64,000 nt of DNA, from positions 1-64,000 of the IMG/VR virus record IMGVR_UViG_3300005613_000006, one strand, 5' to 3'. This DNA is from a virus. The position numbers and the translations under genes were made by a program. Shown here piece after piece: positions 26,945-37,875 of the stretch (position 1 is the stretch's first letter; each line of letters opens with the position of its first letter). The notes beneath the pieces were generated by a model. The model was not told the origin of the DNA and made no database searches. It saw nothing but the letters and a program-made list of their open reading frames with translations.

Positions 26945-29900
26945 ACGCGCCCAACGCAAGTCGCAAGAACAGCGACTACAGCAACTCATTGATGAGTATT
27001 ACATCGGCCTTGGCGATACAACCGAGAAACAAGTCCAAAATATATTGTTGGACACAGAACACGCAGACATAGAGCATCCCATCTACGAGATTCTCGATGT
27101 CATGCGGCAGCCACAGTATTTCTCATACACCTGTCGCCATCTACTCAACATAGAACTGATTCCATTCCAAGTCGCGATTCTACAAGAGTTGTGGCACCGC
27201 AAATTCCCCATGCTCATTATGACCCGTGGTGGAGGCAAGACTTGGATGCTGGCTCTATACGCACTGCTACGTGCCCTGTTTGAACAGGGTACGAAAGTGG
27301 TTGTGGTAGGTGCCGCTTTCCGCCAATCTAAACTCATCTTTGAGTATATGGAACAGTTCTGGCGAGGCAGTCCAATTCTACGAAGTATAGTAGGGATGGG
27401 CAAGCATCAAGGCCCCAAGCGAGACATTGACCGCTGCAACTTCTATGTGGGCGAGTCAGAGATTATCGCTATTCCATTGGGTGATGGTTGTTTGTACACT
27501 AATACTTTAACAACAAACAAAAATGGCTTTGGTTATATTAAACACCCAGCAGAATCCATTTGGGGTAACGGTGAATTTCGTGTTGTAGATGAACATTATA
27601 ATAATGGTGTGAAGCCAACCAAAATTATTAAGACCAACAAGGGTTATGGTTTTGAAGGCACCCACAATCATAAAATGAAAGTGCTACGTAATGGCAGTAT
27701 AGATTTTGTTCGTAGTGACGAAATGGTGATTGGAGACCGTATACTTCTTGACCGCTCGCGTCGTTGGCATGATGGTGATTTTCAATGTACTGATGAACAA
27801 GCATATGCTCTTGGTCTAATGATTGGAGACGGGTGTTGGACTAGTATATATCAATTAAGATTTGCCACAACCACCCCAGGAGAATTTGTTCCATATTTAG
27901 ATTATGTAGCTAGCGGCAACGAGTGGACACAATTAGATGAACAACATTGGCAGTGTTGTGGTAAGGATAATATTAAGAAGTGGATTGATTTTTGGGAATT
28001 AAGAGAAGAATGTCGAACCAAAGACAAAACTTTGCCACCAAAAATTTTATCTGCTAGACAATCGGCAATGACCGCATGTCTACAAGGTCTCTTCGACACA
28101 GATGGACACGTACAAGTTCAAACAACCAAGGGAGGCATGGCCATTACTATTGGCTTCACTAACACCAGTCAGGAACTTGTCCGTCAAATGCAATATATCT
28201 TGTTACACTATGGCATTGTTGCGCATGTTAGTGATAGAGATAGGGATGAGAATTGGAATCATATTTATGAACTTATAATTACTGGTGCAGATGTCAAAAT
28301 CTTTGCAGAACAGATTGGGTTTCGCTTAAAACGTAAACAACAATTGCTTGAAGCTGCTATAGCCAACAAATCACGTTGGGTAAACGCTGACGATATTATT
28401 CCAGGCGTGTTGTCTGACATGGTGCGTATTGCAAGCCAATATCGTGTTCGATGGGGACACAGCAATGCAGATTCAACGGCATGTTCTGCATCTAAATTAC
28501 AAAACTATACCCAGGCCACACGTTCATTGGTGAATAAATTTTTGAATACCTATGGCCATATAGACGACCCACTTATAGCAAAACTACACATACTGAATGA
28601 CGATAACGTTTATTATGATACCATAACGTCCATCGCAGATGGAGAAGCCCACACCTACGACATGCATGTTCCAGACGGACACGAATATTGCGCCGATGGA
28701 TTCTTTAGTCACAACACCAAGATTCGTGGTCTCCGCGCCAACTACGTCCTGGCTGACGAATTTGCATCCATCCCACAGGAAATCTTTGAAGTCGTTATTA
28801 AGGGTTTCGCATCTGTATCCAGTAGCCCCGATGTAAGGGTGAAAGACTTTGGTAGGGTTGCAGCTTTGAAGATGTTGGGATATGATGAGCAAGCAGAGGC
28901 GGCAGAAGAGGAACTTGGTTTTGGCAACCAGACGGTTATCAGTGGAACGGCATACTACTCATTCAACCACTTCTACACTTATTGGAGGCGCTACAAGTCT
29001 ATCATAGAATCAAAGGGCGCAATCAATAGACTTGAGGAAATCTTCCACGGTGAAGTCCCCGAGGGTTTTGATTGGACCGATTACAGCGTCATCAGAGCGC
29101 CATACAAATGCCTACCACGCGGTTTCATGGACGAAACATCCGTCGCCCAATCCAAAGCTACTGTTCATCAATCTATCTACCAGATGGAATACGAGGCTTG
29201 CTTCGCTACCGATAGCGACGGATTTTTCAAGCGTAGTCTTATCGAATCATGTGTAACCAAGGAACCCGTCTTGTTGGCTAGCGGCCCAGTCCAATTCCAT
29301 GCTACTATTAGTGGTTCTCCCAATCTTCGCTACGTTTATGGCATTGACCCTGCTTCTGAAAAAGACAACTTTGCCATAGTAGTTTTGGAAATTCAGGGGG
29401 ACCATCGCCGCATTGTCTATTCCTGGTCTATCAATCGCCAAACACTTCGGGAACGCCTAAAGAACCAAGGCAAGAAACTAGACAAGTCGTTCTATTCCTA
29501 CTGTGCTAGAAAAATCAGACAGTTGATGAAGCGCTTTCCAACTGAGCATATCGGTATGGATACTCAAGGTGGTGGCATCGCCGTGATGGAAGCCCTGCAT
29601 GAAGAAGCCCAGATGGAAGAAAACGAAAGACCCCTGTGGCCATACATCAAACAGGGTGACAAGGATGTGTTCTGGTGGGAAGAAGCCAACAAGCCAACCG
29701 ATGGCGAACCTGGATTCCACTATCTCCACATGGTACAGTTTGCCCAGGCCAAGTTCACAGTGGATGCAAACCACGGCTTGCGTAAAGACTTTGAAGACAA
29801 GACGACCCTGTTTCCCTACTTTGACTCCGCTAGTATTGGTGAGGCGCTTACACAAGACAAGATTATGAATAGAGAATATGACACGATGGAAGACTGTGTT

Positions 29901-30233
29901 ATTGAAATCGAGGAGTTGAAAGACGAACTAGCAACTATTATCCATGACCAGACCAGTGGTGGCCGTGACCGCTGGGACACACCAGAAGTGAAACTGCCGG
30001 GCAACAAAAAGGGTAGGCTCCGAAAGGACCGCTATTCAGCCTTAGTGATAGCAAATATGGTCGCTAGAGTCATGGACCACGGGCTTGAAGGAACTCCGTG
30101 TCCATTTGTAGGCGGCTATGTAGGCCAGAAACGCGGTGGCCAGGGCGGCGGAAGCGGTCGCTTGTACGTAGGACCAGACCATTTGGTAAGCAAAATGACT
30201 GGACTCTATGGAAAAGGTGTGAGTCGCCAGTAA
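26910..30233 (+). CDS. terL: terminase large subunit containing an intein
   Basis: Walker A RGGGKT, Walker B YVLADEF, nuclease YGIDPA; GGAG RBS before GTG 26910. Confidence 0.92.
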   Translation: MPTLIQPEAKAKRAQRKSQEQRLQQLIDEYYIGLGDTTEKQVQNILLDTEHADIEHPIYEILDVMRQPQYFSYTCRHLLNIELIPFQVAILQELWHRKFPMLIMTRGGGKTWMLALYALLRALFEQGTKVVVVGAAFRQSKLIFEYMEQFWRGSPILRSIVGMGKHQGPKRDIDRCNFYVGESEIIAIPLGDGCLYTNTLTTNKNGFGYIKHPAESIWGNGEFRVVDEHYNNGVKPTKIIKTNKGYGFEGTHNHKMKVLRNGSIDFVRSDEMVIGDRILLDRSRRWHDGDFQCTDEQAYALGLMIGDGCWTSIYQLRFATTTPGEFVPYLDYVASGNEWTQLDEQHWQCCGKDNIKKWIDFWELREECRTKDKTLPPKILSARQSAMTACLQGLFDTDGHVQVQTTKGGMAITIGFTNTSQELVRQMQYILLHYGIVAHVSDRDRDENWNHIYELIITGADVKIFAEQIGFRLKRKQQLLEAAIANKSRWVNADDIIPGVLSDMVRIASQYRVRWGHSNADSTACSASKLQNYTQATRSLVNKFLNTYGHIDDPLIAKLHILNDDNVYYDTITSIADGEAHTYDMHVPDGHEYCADGFFSHNTKIRGLRANYVLADEFASIPQEIFEVVIKGFASVSSSPDVRVKDFGRVAALKMLGYDEQAEAAEEELGFGNQTVISGTAYYSFNHFYTYWRRYKSIIESKGAINRLEEIFHGEVPEGFDWTDYSVIRAPYKCLPRGFMDETSVAQSKATVHQSIYQMEYEACFATDSDGFFKRSLIESCVTKEPVLLASGPVQFHATISGSPNLRYVYGIDPASEKDNFAIVVLEIQGDHRRIVYSWSINRQTLRERLKNQGKKLDKSFYSYCARKIRQLMKRFPTEHIGMDTQGGGIAVMEALHEEAQMEENERPLWPYIKQGDKDVFWWEEANKPTDGEPGFHYLHMVQFAQAKFTVDANHGLRKDFEDKTTLFPYFDSASIGEALTQDKIMNREYDTMEDCVIEIEELKDELATIIHDQTSGGRDRWDTPEVKLPGNKKGRLRKDRYSALVIANMVARVMDHGLEGTPCPFVGGYVGQKRGGQGGGSGRLYVGPDHLVSKMTGLYGKGVSRQ
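27489..28715 (+). mobile_element. intein with LAGLIDADG endonuclease (409 aa)
   Basis: G|CLYTNT...GTHNH...LGLMIGDG...LQGLFDTDG...YDMHV...FFSHN|T; AT-richer than flanks. Confidence 0.92.
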
Positions 30234-30287
30234 ATGGTGTATAATAGATTGTATTGCAATACCATTACAATGGAAAGAGACACGGCT

Positions 30288-32558
30288 ATGTCAAAAGAAA
30301 AAGGTGGAATGACCACTAATCGCACCCCCAAGAAGACCAACGAGGGTGCCTATCTACTCACCAGCGGCACAACGCAAGAAGTTATCACGGGTTCCAAGAA
30401 GGCTTTAGAGGCTTACGTCGGTGTGGCAACGGGTGTTGGTGGCGACGACCATCGCTATGGTTCAGCCTATGCCCGAGACACCTACAAAGACACCTCTCCG
30501 AACACGTCCGTTCGCAACCAATTCACACGACAGAACTATGAGTATTTCCGCCCATCGGAAGCCGTCGCGGTCAAGCCCCATGAGATTATCGCTCAGTGCA
30601 TGGAAGCATATCGTCGCGTTGGCATCGTGCGAAATATCATCGACCTAATGGGAGACTTTTGTGTGAAGGGTATCAAGATTACCCATCCAAACCCACGCAT
30701 TCAGAAGTTCTACCGTGGGTGGTTTAAGAAAGTCAGTGGACCCGAGAGGTCCGAACGCGCCGCAAACCTTCTTTATCGTTGCGGCGTTTTTGTTACTAAG
30801 CGAACAATGGCCAAGGTAAATGTTCCAACGGAGCGCTCAATGCGCACCCAAGGTGCAGCCGACCCAGCATTGACACCAGATGAGCCAATGCCCCAACCCC
30901 TAAAGACTCAAAAGCGCAACATCCCTATCCGCTACAACTTCCTCAACCCCCTCTCACTAGAGGTTGTTGGTGGTCCCTTATCTATGTTTGTTGGTAAGCA
31001 ATTCTACGCTTTGAAAATCACGGGCGAACTACGAAGTACCCTGACGGCTCCCAAAAATGAGATGGAAAGAGAACTCATCGCGGCGGTTCCAGCCGAGATT
31101 CGGAACGCCATTGCCAAGGGTCAGAACGTCATACCCCTAGACCAATCCAAGCTACGTTCCCTACACTACAAGAAAGACGATTGGCAAACATGGGCCGACC
31201 CTATGACCTATGCGGTTATGGACGACTTGATTCTCTATGAGAAAATGAAGTTGGCCGACCTTGCTGCTCTTGATGGGGCTATCTCACAAATTCGCGTGTG
31301 GACCCTTGGTGACATAGAGAAAGAGATTTTCCCCACAGACGCCGCTATCAACAAACTCGCTGACATTCTGTTGGCCAACCCAGGCGGCGGTGCATTCGAC
31401 CTCATCTGGGGACCAGAGTTGAAGGTGCAAGACTACCATACCAACGTACATGAATTCTTGGGCAACGAGAAATATGTACCCGTAATGAACGCCATCTATG
31501 CAGGCATGGGTGTTCCTCCTACGTTGACTGGTGCAGCAACCGCCTCTGGTTTCACAAACAACTACATTAGCCTTCAAACCCTTGTTCAACGGTTAGAATA
31601 TGGGCGTGAGCGCTTGATGGAATTCTGGCATCAAGAGATTGAACTAGTGCGACAAGCTATGGGATTTCAGCGACCAGCCCGTATCGAGTTTGACCACATG
31701 ACACTCAGCGACGAGAACGCCGAGAAGGCCCTGATGATTCAGTTGGTAGACAGAGACATTATGACAGTAGAGACACTGTTGGAGAGGTTTGGCGAACATC
31801 CAGAGTTTGAAGAACTACGACATCGCAAAGAGAAGCGCCAGCGCGATTCCAAGTTGCTGCCCGCAAAAGCGGGGCCGTGGCACACCCCCGAGAAGGTGTA
31901 CGAGTTGGTCAAGACAGCCTTGGGTCGTGGTTATGTGAGCCCCGAACAGGCTGGTATCGACATACCAGAAGACTTGAAGGGCGACAAAACTCCATTCCAA
32001 CAACAGATGGATATGATGAGCAAGCGAAATGCTGGCACAAACGGGGGCTCTCCTGGTGACAGTAAGAAGCCCGGCCAGCCGCAGCAAGGGCGTCCTAAGA
32101 ATAGTGGCGATACCAAGCAGCGCCAGCAACGGACTCCTAAACCGGCGGGCGCTGACCAATCGCCGCTCGACTTTATAGACGATACAGCGGCGTTTATGAC
32201 TACCATGTTGTGGGCGCGCGATGCACAGTACAGCATTGCCGAAGCCCTAAATCCTCTCATTTTGGATTTCTACAACAAGAAGAATATGAGGTCTTTGTCG
32301 GCAGAGGAAACCGAAGTCGCTGAGCGCACGAAATTTGCTGTACTATCTAAGCTAACTCCCTTCTGTGAGATTAGCCCCGAGTCTTTGGGCAGCATATTTG
32401 CTGAGCAACCGAAGCTCAACAAGGTATACCGCAAGTTATCTACGAAGCTAACGCAGGGCTGGATTGCAGAGCGCGGTAAGTCTCCTACTGTTGAAGACGC
32501 CCGTTCGATTCAAGCCATCATATACGCCCTGATGAACTCCGATTCAATACCATTGTAA
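30288..32558 (+). CDS. portal protein
   Basis: Follows TerL; YRRVGIVRNIIDLM, IYAGMGVP; long flexible C-terminus. Confidence 0.85.
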   Translation: MSKEKGGMTTNRTPKKTNEGAYLLTSGTTQEVITGSKKALEAYVGVATGVGGDDHRYGSAYARDTYKDTSPNTSVRNQFTRQNYEYFRPSEAVAVKPHEIIAQCMEAYRRVGIVRNIIDLMGDFCVKGIKITHPNPRIQKFYRGWFKKVSGPERSERAANLLYRCGVFVTKRTMAKVNVPTERSMRTQGAADPALTPDEPMPQPLKTQKRNIPIRYNFLNPLSLEVVGGPLSMFVGKQFYALKITGELRSTLTAPKNEMERELIAAVPAEIRNAIAKGQNVIPLDQSKLRSLHYKKDDWQTWADPMTYAVMDDLILYEKMKLADLAALDGAISQIRVWTLGDIEKEIFPTDAAINKLADILLANPGGGAFDLIWGPELKVQDYHTNVHEFLGNEKYVPVMNAIYAGMGVPPTLTGAATASGFTNNYISLQTLVQRLEYGRERLMEFWHQEIELVRQAMGFQRPARIEFDHMTLSDENAEKALMIQLVDRDIMTVETLLERFGEHPEFEELRHRKEKRQRDSKLLPAKAGPWHTPEKVYELVKTALGRGYVSPEQAGIDIPEDLKGDKTPFQQQMDMMSKRNAGTNGGSPGDSKKPGQPQQGRPKNSGDTKQRQQRTPKPAGADQSPLDFIDDTAAFMTTMLWARDAQYSIAEALNPLILDFYNKKNMRSLSAEETEVAERTKFAVLSKLTPFCEISPESLGSIFAEQPKLNKVYRKLSTKLTQGWIAERGKSPTVEDARSIQAIIYALMNSDSIPL

Positions 32559-32623
32559 TAGTATTGACCACAAAACTAGAAAAATAAACACCTATGGTGT
32601 ATAATACAATAAGAGGGAAAATC

Positions 32624-34183
32624 ATGCCAGAACGTATTCCAATCTATACAGCCGAACGCGAAGCGGGCTTAGCCCACGCGATTGCGGCCCCTGATAGCTG
32701 TGCTGTGTCTTTCTACAGTCCGGTAAAGGCCGACACGGTTGAAATATCTAAGGAAGTCCTGGCAAAAATTGAGGAATCTCTAGGTCAGTCAAGTGACAAG
32801 TATGACCTATATCCTGTCAACACTATCCTAGTGTCAACAGGTTGGAACCAGAACGACGACATATTTGCCCGCGAATATACGTGGGCAGCTAGGTTTTCGC
32901 CCGAGGACAAGCCATTCAATTTGGGGCATGACCCCAACAAGATTATCGGCCACATAACTGGTAGGCGTGTCATTGACGCTGACTATCAGCTTATCCCTGA
33001 TGACACAACGACAGAAGATTTGCCGGATAAGTTTCATATCCTCACTTCTGCTGTGATTTATCGTCATATCAGTGGTAGGGATAAGGAACTAACGGCTGAG
33101 ATGGCAGAAATCATCGAAGGTATCCAACGCGGTGTTTGGTACGTGTCAATGGAAGTATTGTTTAACGATTTTGATTACGGGCTCACTGATGCTTTGGGGC
33201 AACAGAGGGTAATAGCTAGGCGCGAAGAAACAGCTTTCTTGACAAAACACTTACGTCGCTACCAGGGTACTGGGCAATACCAAGCATACAGGATTGGTCG
33301 TGTCCTCAAGGGGATGACATTTAGCGGGAAAGGTCTTGTTGAAGAACCCGCTAACCCTGAGAGTATCATTTTCAATGAAGCAACATCCTTTGCGGGTGTG
33401 CTGGCTACACTTGAAGATGAGAGAAGAATTTTTACAACTGTAGCTAATTCTGGAGAAAATTCAATGGCAGAAACCAATGAACTCCTCAAAGAGCAGAATG
33501 AAAGCCTAAAGAAGACTGTGGCTGATTTGGAAAAGAAGATGGCTGATTTTGATGCGAAAGCAGTTCAAGAGAAGCTAGATGCTCTCCAGGCAACCATTGA
33601 CGAGAAGGACGGCGCTATTGCTGACCTTAACGCCAAACTTGAGGCACAGACTGCATCTGAGAAAGAACTGACCGAGGCTGTCGAAACAGCTAAGGCAGCT
33701 ACGGCTGACGCAGAAAAGAAACTCGAAGAGGCGCAAGCAGAACTCAACAAGATTGCTGCCGAAGCAAAGAAGACCGAGCGCGTAAGCGCTTTGGTTGACA
33801 AGGGTGTAGATAAGGCAGATGCCGAATCTATCGTTGAAGAGTTCGATGCCCTTTCCGACGAAAAATTCGAGAAGGTCGTGGCCATGCAAGCCGACTTGGT
33901 TGAAGCCAAGAACGGTTTCATGGACAAGAAGAAAAAGGAAGAGGAAGAGAAGAAGAAGAAGGAAGCTAAGGCGAAAGCTGATGCCGAATCTGATGACTCT
34001 TCTGACGAAGATACCGACGCAGAGGGCGAGGCGGCTGCTGATGGCACTGACCTGGAAGGGGCAGAAGCCGAAGAAGACGCAGACCTGAATGCCGGTGGGG
34101 AAACCGAGGAAGAGGCACAAGCACAAGCAACAGCTAACTTGTCCAACTACCTTGGTAACGTACTTGCAAAAGGCAGAAAGTAA
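32624..34183 (+). CDS. prohead protease / scaffold fusion
   Basis: NQNDDIF, KPFNLGH, YVSMEV, GLVEEPANP; coiled-coil and acidic C-half; in-frame RBS plus ATG at 33464. Confidence 0.8.
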   Translation: MPERIPIYTAEREAGLAHAIAAPDSCAVSFYSPVKADTVEISKEVLAKIEESLGQSSDKYDLYPVNTILVSTGWNQNDDIFAREYTWAARFSPEDKPFNLGHDPNKIIGHITGRRVIDADYQLIPDDTTTEDLPDKFHILTSAVIYRHISGRDKELTAEMAEIIEGIQRGVWYVSMEVLFNDFDYGLTDALGQQRVIARREETAFLTKHLRRYQGTGQYQAYRIGRVLKGMTFSGKGLVEEPANPESIIFNEATSFAGVLATLEDERRIFTTVANSGENSMAETNELLKEQNESLKKTVADLEKKMADFDAKAVQEKLDALQATIDEKDGAIADLNAKLEAQTASEKELTEAVETAKAATADAEKKLEEAQAELNKIAAEAKKTERVSALVDKGVDKADAESIVEEFDALSDEKFEKVVAMQADLVEAKNGFMDKKKKEEEEKKKKEAKAKADAESDDSSDEDTDAEGEAAADGTDLEGAEAEEDADLNAGGETEEEAQAQATANLSNYLGNVLAKGRK

Positions 34184-34198
34184 TAGGAGGTAGCACTC

Positions 34199-34663
34199 AT
34201 GGCACTTAAAGGTGACCGTTATGAAGGCATTACCGACATTAGCTTCTTCATGGACCAAGAAGCTGAGCGTGGTGGTGTTGTGTGTCTAAAGACCGCAGGT
34301 AGTGGTGCTGCTCTTGACCAAGCCCAGGCTGAAGTTGAGTATGCGGCAGACCCATCTGGCTTGATGCCAGTTGGCCTCTTGCTCTGCGATATGGTCGATA
34401 AAAACTTAACCAAGACACATCTGAATTTCCATAAAAACGAAATGCAGAAGGGTGGCAACGTTGTTGTGCTACTCGATGGTTTTGCAGTGACCAATGTTAT
34501 TGATACTGGTGTTAGCGTTGCTGGTGGAGAACTTGCGTATGTTCAAGCCAACGGCGAACTTACTAACACCATTGGCGCTGGTGGCAACGTGGAAGTTGGC
34601 CGTTGGTTCTCATCGAAAGACGAGGACGGATACGCCAAAATCTACGTGAAGTTGCCCAAGTAA
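34199..34663 (+). CDS. head decoration/cement protein
   Basis: AGGAGG RBS, between scaffold and MCP, beta-rich. Confidence 0.7.
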   Translation: MALKGDRYEGITDISFFMDQEAERGGVVCLKTAGSGAALDQAQAEVEYAADPSGLMPVGLLLCDMVDKNLTKTHLNFHKNEMQKGGNVVVLLDGFAVTNVIDTGVSVAGGELAYVQANGELTNTIGAGGNVEVGRWFSSKDEDGYAKIYVKLPK

Positions 34664-34677
34664 AGGAGAGAGAAACA

Positions 34678-35685
34678 ATGGCTGAGAATCAAATCATTGA
34701 ACCAACGCCAGAAATGATTGACCTCCTTCGCAAGAGTGGTAACACGGACGAGAAAATCGCCATTGCCGCTGTTGCTGAGTTGGCTGTCGCTCTCACCACG
34801 CCTTTGCGAGAAGGTATTATGTCGGGCGACATAACTGGCAATATCTACGAAAAAATCAATCTCGAACCCGGCGCAGCCCCAGAATTCCCATTGGACTTCG
34901 TGGCTCCTGGCACCGAGAAGGACTTCGTAGCTTACACTCTACCTAACCACGGTAGAATTCCTGAGCGCAACATCGAAGGTGACTATGTAATGGTCCCCAC
35001 ATACGATGTTGGTTGCTCAATCGACTGGATTTTGAAGTACGCACGCGATGCTCGTTGGGACATCGTGGGCCGCGCAATGCAGGTTCTTCAAGCATCCTTC
35101 ACAAAGAAGACCAACGACGACGCATGGCACACCCTGTTGGCTGCTGCTGTAGACCGTAACATTTTGGTGTACGACTCTGCTGCTGCTGCTGGACAGTTCA
35201 CAAAGAGACTTGTTTCTTTGATGAAGACTGTTATGCGAAGAAATGGTGGTGGTAACAGCACCTCTATCAACCGTGGCAAGCTGACCGACCTTTACGTGTC
35301 GCCAGAGGCTATGGAAGACATGAGGGATTGGGGCGTAGACCAGATTGACGAAATTACTCGTCGTGAAATCTACACCGCTGCTGACGGCACCCTCAATCGT
35401 ATCTTCAACGTAAACCTCCACGACCTTGACGAATTAGGTGTGGGACAAGAGTACCAAAACTTCTTCTTGAATGAGTTGGGTGGTACACTTGAGGCTTCGG
35501 ACGTAGAACTTGTGGTCGGCCTTGACCTTGAGAAGCAAGACAGCTTCGTATGGCCAGTCCGTGAAGAAGTTCACATCCACGAAGACCCCGCTCTCCACCG
35601 TCAGCGACGTGCTGGTTTCTACGGTTGGGGCGAACACGGTTTTGGTGTTCTTGACAACCGTAGAGTCATGGTTGGCTCGTTCTAA
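34678..35685 (+). CDS. major capsid protein (HK97 fold)
   Basis: 335 aa, position, strong RBS, biased codons, followed by a terminator. Confidence 0.85.
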   Translation: MAENQIIEPTPEMIDLLRKSGNTDEKIAIAAVAELAVALTTPLREGIMSGDITGNIYEKINLEPGAAPEFPLDFVAPGTEKDFVAYTLPNHGRIPERNIEGDYVMVPTYDVGCSIDWILKYARDARWDIVGRAMQVLQASFTKKTNDDAWHTLLAAAVDRNILVYDSAAAAGQFTKRLVSLMKTVMRRNGGGNSTSINRGKLTDLYVSPEAMEDMRDWGVDQIDEITRREIYTAADGTLNRIFNVNLHDLDELGVGQEYQNFFLNELGGTLEASDVELVVGLDLEKQDSFVWPVREEVHIHEDPALHRQRRAGFYGWGEHGFGVLDNRRVMVGSF

Positions 35686-35712
35686 GCGAAGAACCGATTG
35701 TTCATCATAAAT

Positions 35713-35759
35713 AGGGAGTTAGCGGCGGCAGCACGCTGTCGCTGCTCCCTCTTTTTTTT
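35713..35759 (+). terminator. intrinsic terminator after MCP
   Basis: AGGGAG..AGCGGCGGC/GCTGTCGCT..CTCCCT plus T8. Confidence 0.85.
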
Positions 35760-35777
35760 GACTTAGGAGAAACAACT

Positions 35778-36266
35778 ATGGCGTGGTCTGACAATATGAT
35801 TCCACTGTTCCGCGCCTATTCGGGTGATGCGGTCGCTCCGTATACATACGACAACGCGCGCGTTGAACAACTACTTGTCTCTGCTGCTCCTATGGTTTTG
35901 ATGGAGTTGGACTTTGATAATGACTACATTGTAGATATAGTAGGCATTAGCATTGCCCCCGACCCAACAGAAACGGGTGAGCAAGACTTTGAAACTTTGG
36001 TTGCGCTCAAGGCTGCTTGTATAGTGGCCATGTCTGAGTATCGCACCGCTGCTGGACAAGCAATGGCGGTTCGCGATGGCCCATCGGCTATCGACACACG
36101 GGCTCGCGTGGCTAGTCTCAAGGAGGTGGCAAAAGACAGGTGTGAAGCGTACAACAGAGCTAGAATGGCCTACGCCCTTGACGGCGGGCTTTCTGGTGCT
36201 GCTATTGTCGGTCCTCATTTAACCGCAGAAAGTGAAGGAGCCGGTGGCTCTGGCCAAGGGAGATAA
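35778..36266 (+). CDS. head-tail adaptor
   Basis: position and size after MCP. Confidence 0.6.
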   Translation: MAWSDNMIPLFRAYSGDAVAPYTYDNARVEQLLVSAAPMVLMELDFDNDYIVDIVGISIAPDPTETGEQDFETLVALKAACIVAMSEYRTAAGQAMAVRDGPSAIDTRARVASLKEVAKDRCEAYNRARMAYALDGGLSGAAIVGPHLTAESEGAGGSGQGR

Positions 36267-36268
36267 TC

Positions 36269-36448
36269 ATGGCATTTGGTGACCCAGTAGTACAAAAGGC
36301 GAAAGCCAGCGAAGAAAGAACCGAGGGCGAGGCTGTTGTCGCTACTCAGCCCGATGGTCAATTTGAATCAACGGACGACCGAGGCAAAGAAATTCCTGTC
36401 CCGGTTGATACAATAAGTGACAAATACAAGAACCGCTTTGACTTTTAA
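36269..36448 (+). CDS. 59-aa hypothetical protein (absent from the ORF track)
   Basis: GGAG RBS; fills the gap exactly. Confidence 0.65.
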   Translation: MAFGDPVVQKAKASEERTEGEAVVATQPDGQFESTDDRGKEIPVPVDTISDKYKNRFDF

Positions 36449-36460
36449 TAGGGGGCTCTC

Positions 36461-37453
36461 ATGTCTGATTATGTGAGAAAGATAAAGCCCGAACCTCCTG
36501 TTGAACCCATGTGGGAAGCGGGTATGGCTGTCGGCTCAGAAGGTGGGGATGGTGCCGATGGTATCCAAACAAACCATGACCGCGCGTATGAACGCGAGGG
36601 TCTACCCGACCTACTAGACGACCGCCTCGACAACCCCGAGGGTTGGCTATGGTCTGTTGACGGTGTTGATAATATCAACGGCAATGTAGACTTCATTGCT
36701 GGCGCTGGCATGTCCATCGTACCGAATAACGTAACGAAGACCATTACGTTCATTGCATCAGGTGGCGGTGGCGACAACTACACTGTAATGTGTAGCTCAA
36801 ATGACACTACGCCTGGATTTCTTGAAGACAAGCTAGTAACAAGCGTCGGAACCAATACTACCGACATACTCGAAACAACTACGCTAAACGACGGTGCCAA
36901 CGAACGAGTTCAGGTTCAGTTGGATACAGATAGACTGCTTCAAACCTACGTTGGCGTTGGTAAAATCGACTTACCACCAGTTGTGTGGGACGATACGACT
37001 GCGGGAGCTACATGGCGCATTATTGGCAAGATTCCAGTTTGGGCTTTCTCGGCCAGTGCCCTTCGCTACATTCGACACACAACTAGGCTTCCCGTAAACG
37101 TAGACCTAACCACTATCAACCCTCGTCTAGTCATTGACTACGCCCCTGCTGACAACCAGACAAGTGGAGACCAGTGCCGCTGGCGCGCTCAGATGACCTA
37201 CATTACAAATGGAGAGTTGTTGACAAAGGCCATTGATGAAACTGTTGCGATAAGCGCTGATGTTCCTACGGCCCAAGACGAGAAGGACTCTGTGGTGATT
37301 GAGTTAGACCGTACTCTTATGGCTGCTGGGGATTTGGTAAGTATTGAGATTAGCCGTAACATATCTCATGTAGACGATGACCGCAACGGCGAAATCTACA
37401 TTTCGTATGTCAAACTTCTCTATGAGAAGGCAGCACTAGACGAAGGTAGCTAA
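36461..37453 (+). CDS. virion fibre-like structural protein
   Basis: INGNVDFIAGAGMSI and DTTPGFLEDKL fibre-type motifs. Confidence 0.55.
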   Translation: MSDYVRKIKPEPPVEPMWEAGMAVGSEGGDGADGIQTNHDRAYEREGLPDLLDDRLDNPEGWLWSVDGVDNINGNVDFIAGAGMSIVPNNVTKTITFIASGGGGDNYTVMCSSNDTTPGFLEDKLVTSVGTNTTDILETTTLNDGANERVQVQLDTDRLLQTYVGVGKIDLPPVVWDDTTAGATWRIIGKIPVWAFSASALRYIRHTTRLPVNVDLTTINPRLVIDYAPADNQTSGDQCRWRAQMTYITNGELLTKAIDETVAISADVPTAQDEKDSVVIELDRTLMAAGDLVSIEISRNISHVDDDRNGEIYISYVKLLYEKAALDEGS

Positions 37454-37464
37454 GGAGAATAAGC

Positions 37465-37863
37465 ATGTCAAAATTAGTTAGAGTACATGACACTGTGGAA
37501 GGCGGCGTTAGTTGGCAGGAACTTCTTCCTGGTGACCTTGGTGGTGGCGGGGTTGGACAAGTAGTAACTGGCACATACACAGGTGACGGCGCAGCAAGTC
37601 AAGCGATTACTGGCTTGGGTTTCAAACCTAAGTACCTCAGAATTTATGAACGCAAGACTACTGCCGCTTCAACGACAAATCCAACCATCACGACAGACAG
37701 AATTATAGACGACCACGTTAGTGGTATGTCGATTGACTGCGACTCCACGTTCAAGACAAGGGCGGGAATCATCATCTCATTGGACGCCGATGGGTTTACC
37801 GTTGGTACAACTAGTACACCAAATGTCAGTGGCACAGTTTACAGCTACGTGGCGATAGGATAA
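37465..37863 (+). CDS. fibre tip-like structural protein
   Basis: GTYTGDG...ITGLGFKPKY...GFTVG...YSYVAIG. Confidence 0.55.
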   Translation: MSKLVRVHDTVEGGVSWQELLPGDLGGGGVGQVVTGTYTGDGAASQAITGLGFKPKYLRIYERKTTAASTTNPTITTDRIIDDHVSGMSIDCDSTFKTRAGIIISLDADGFTVGTTSTPNVSGTVYSYVAIG

Positions 37864-37875
37864 GGAGGCGTAAGC

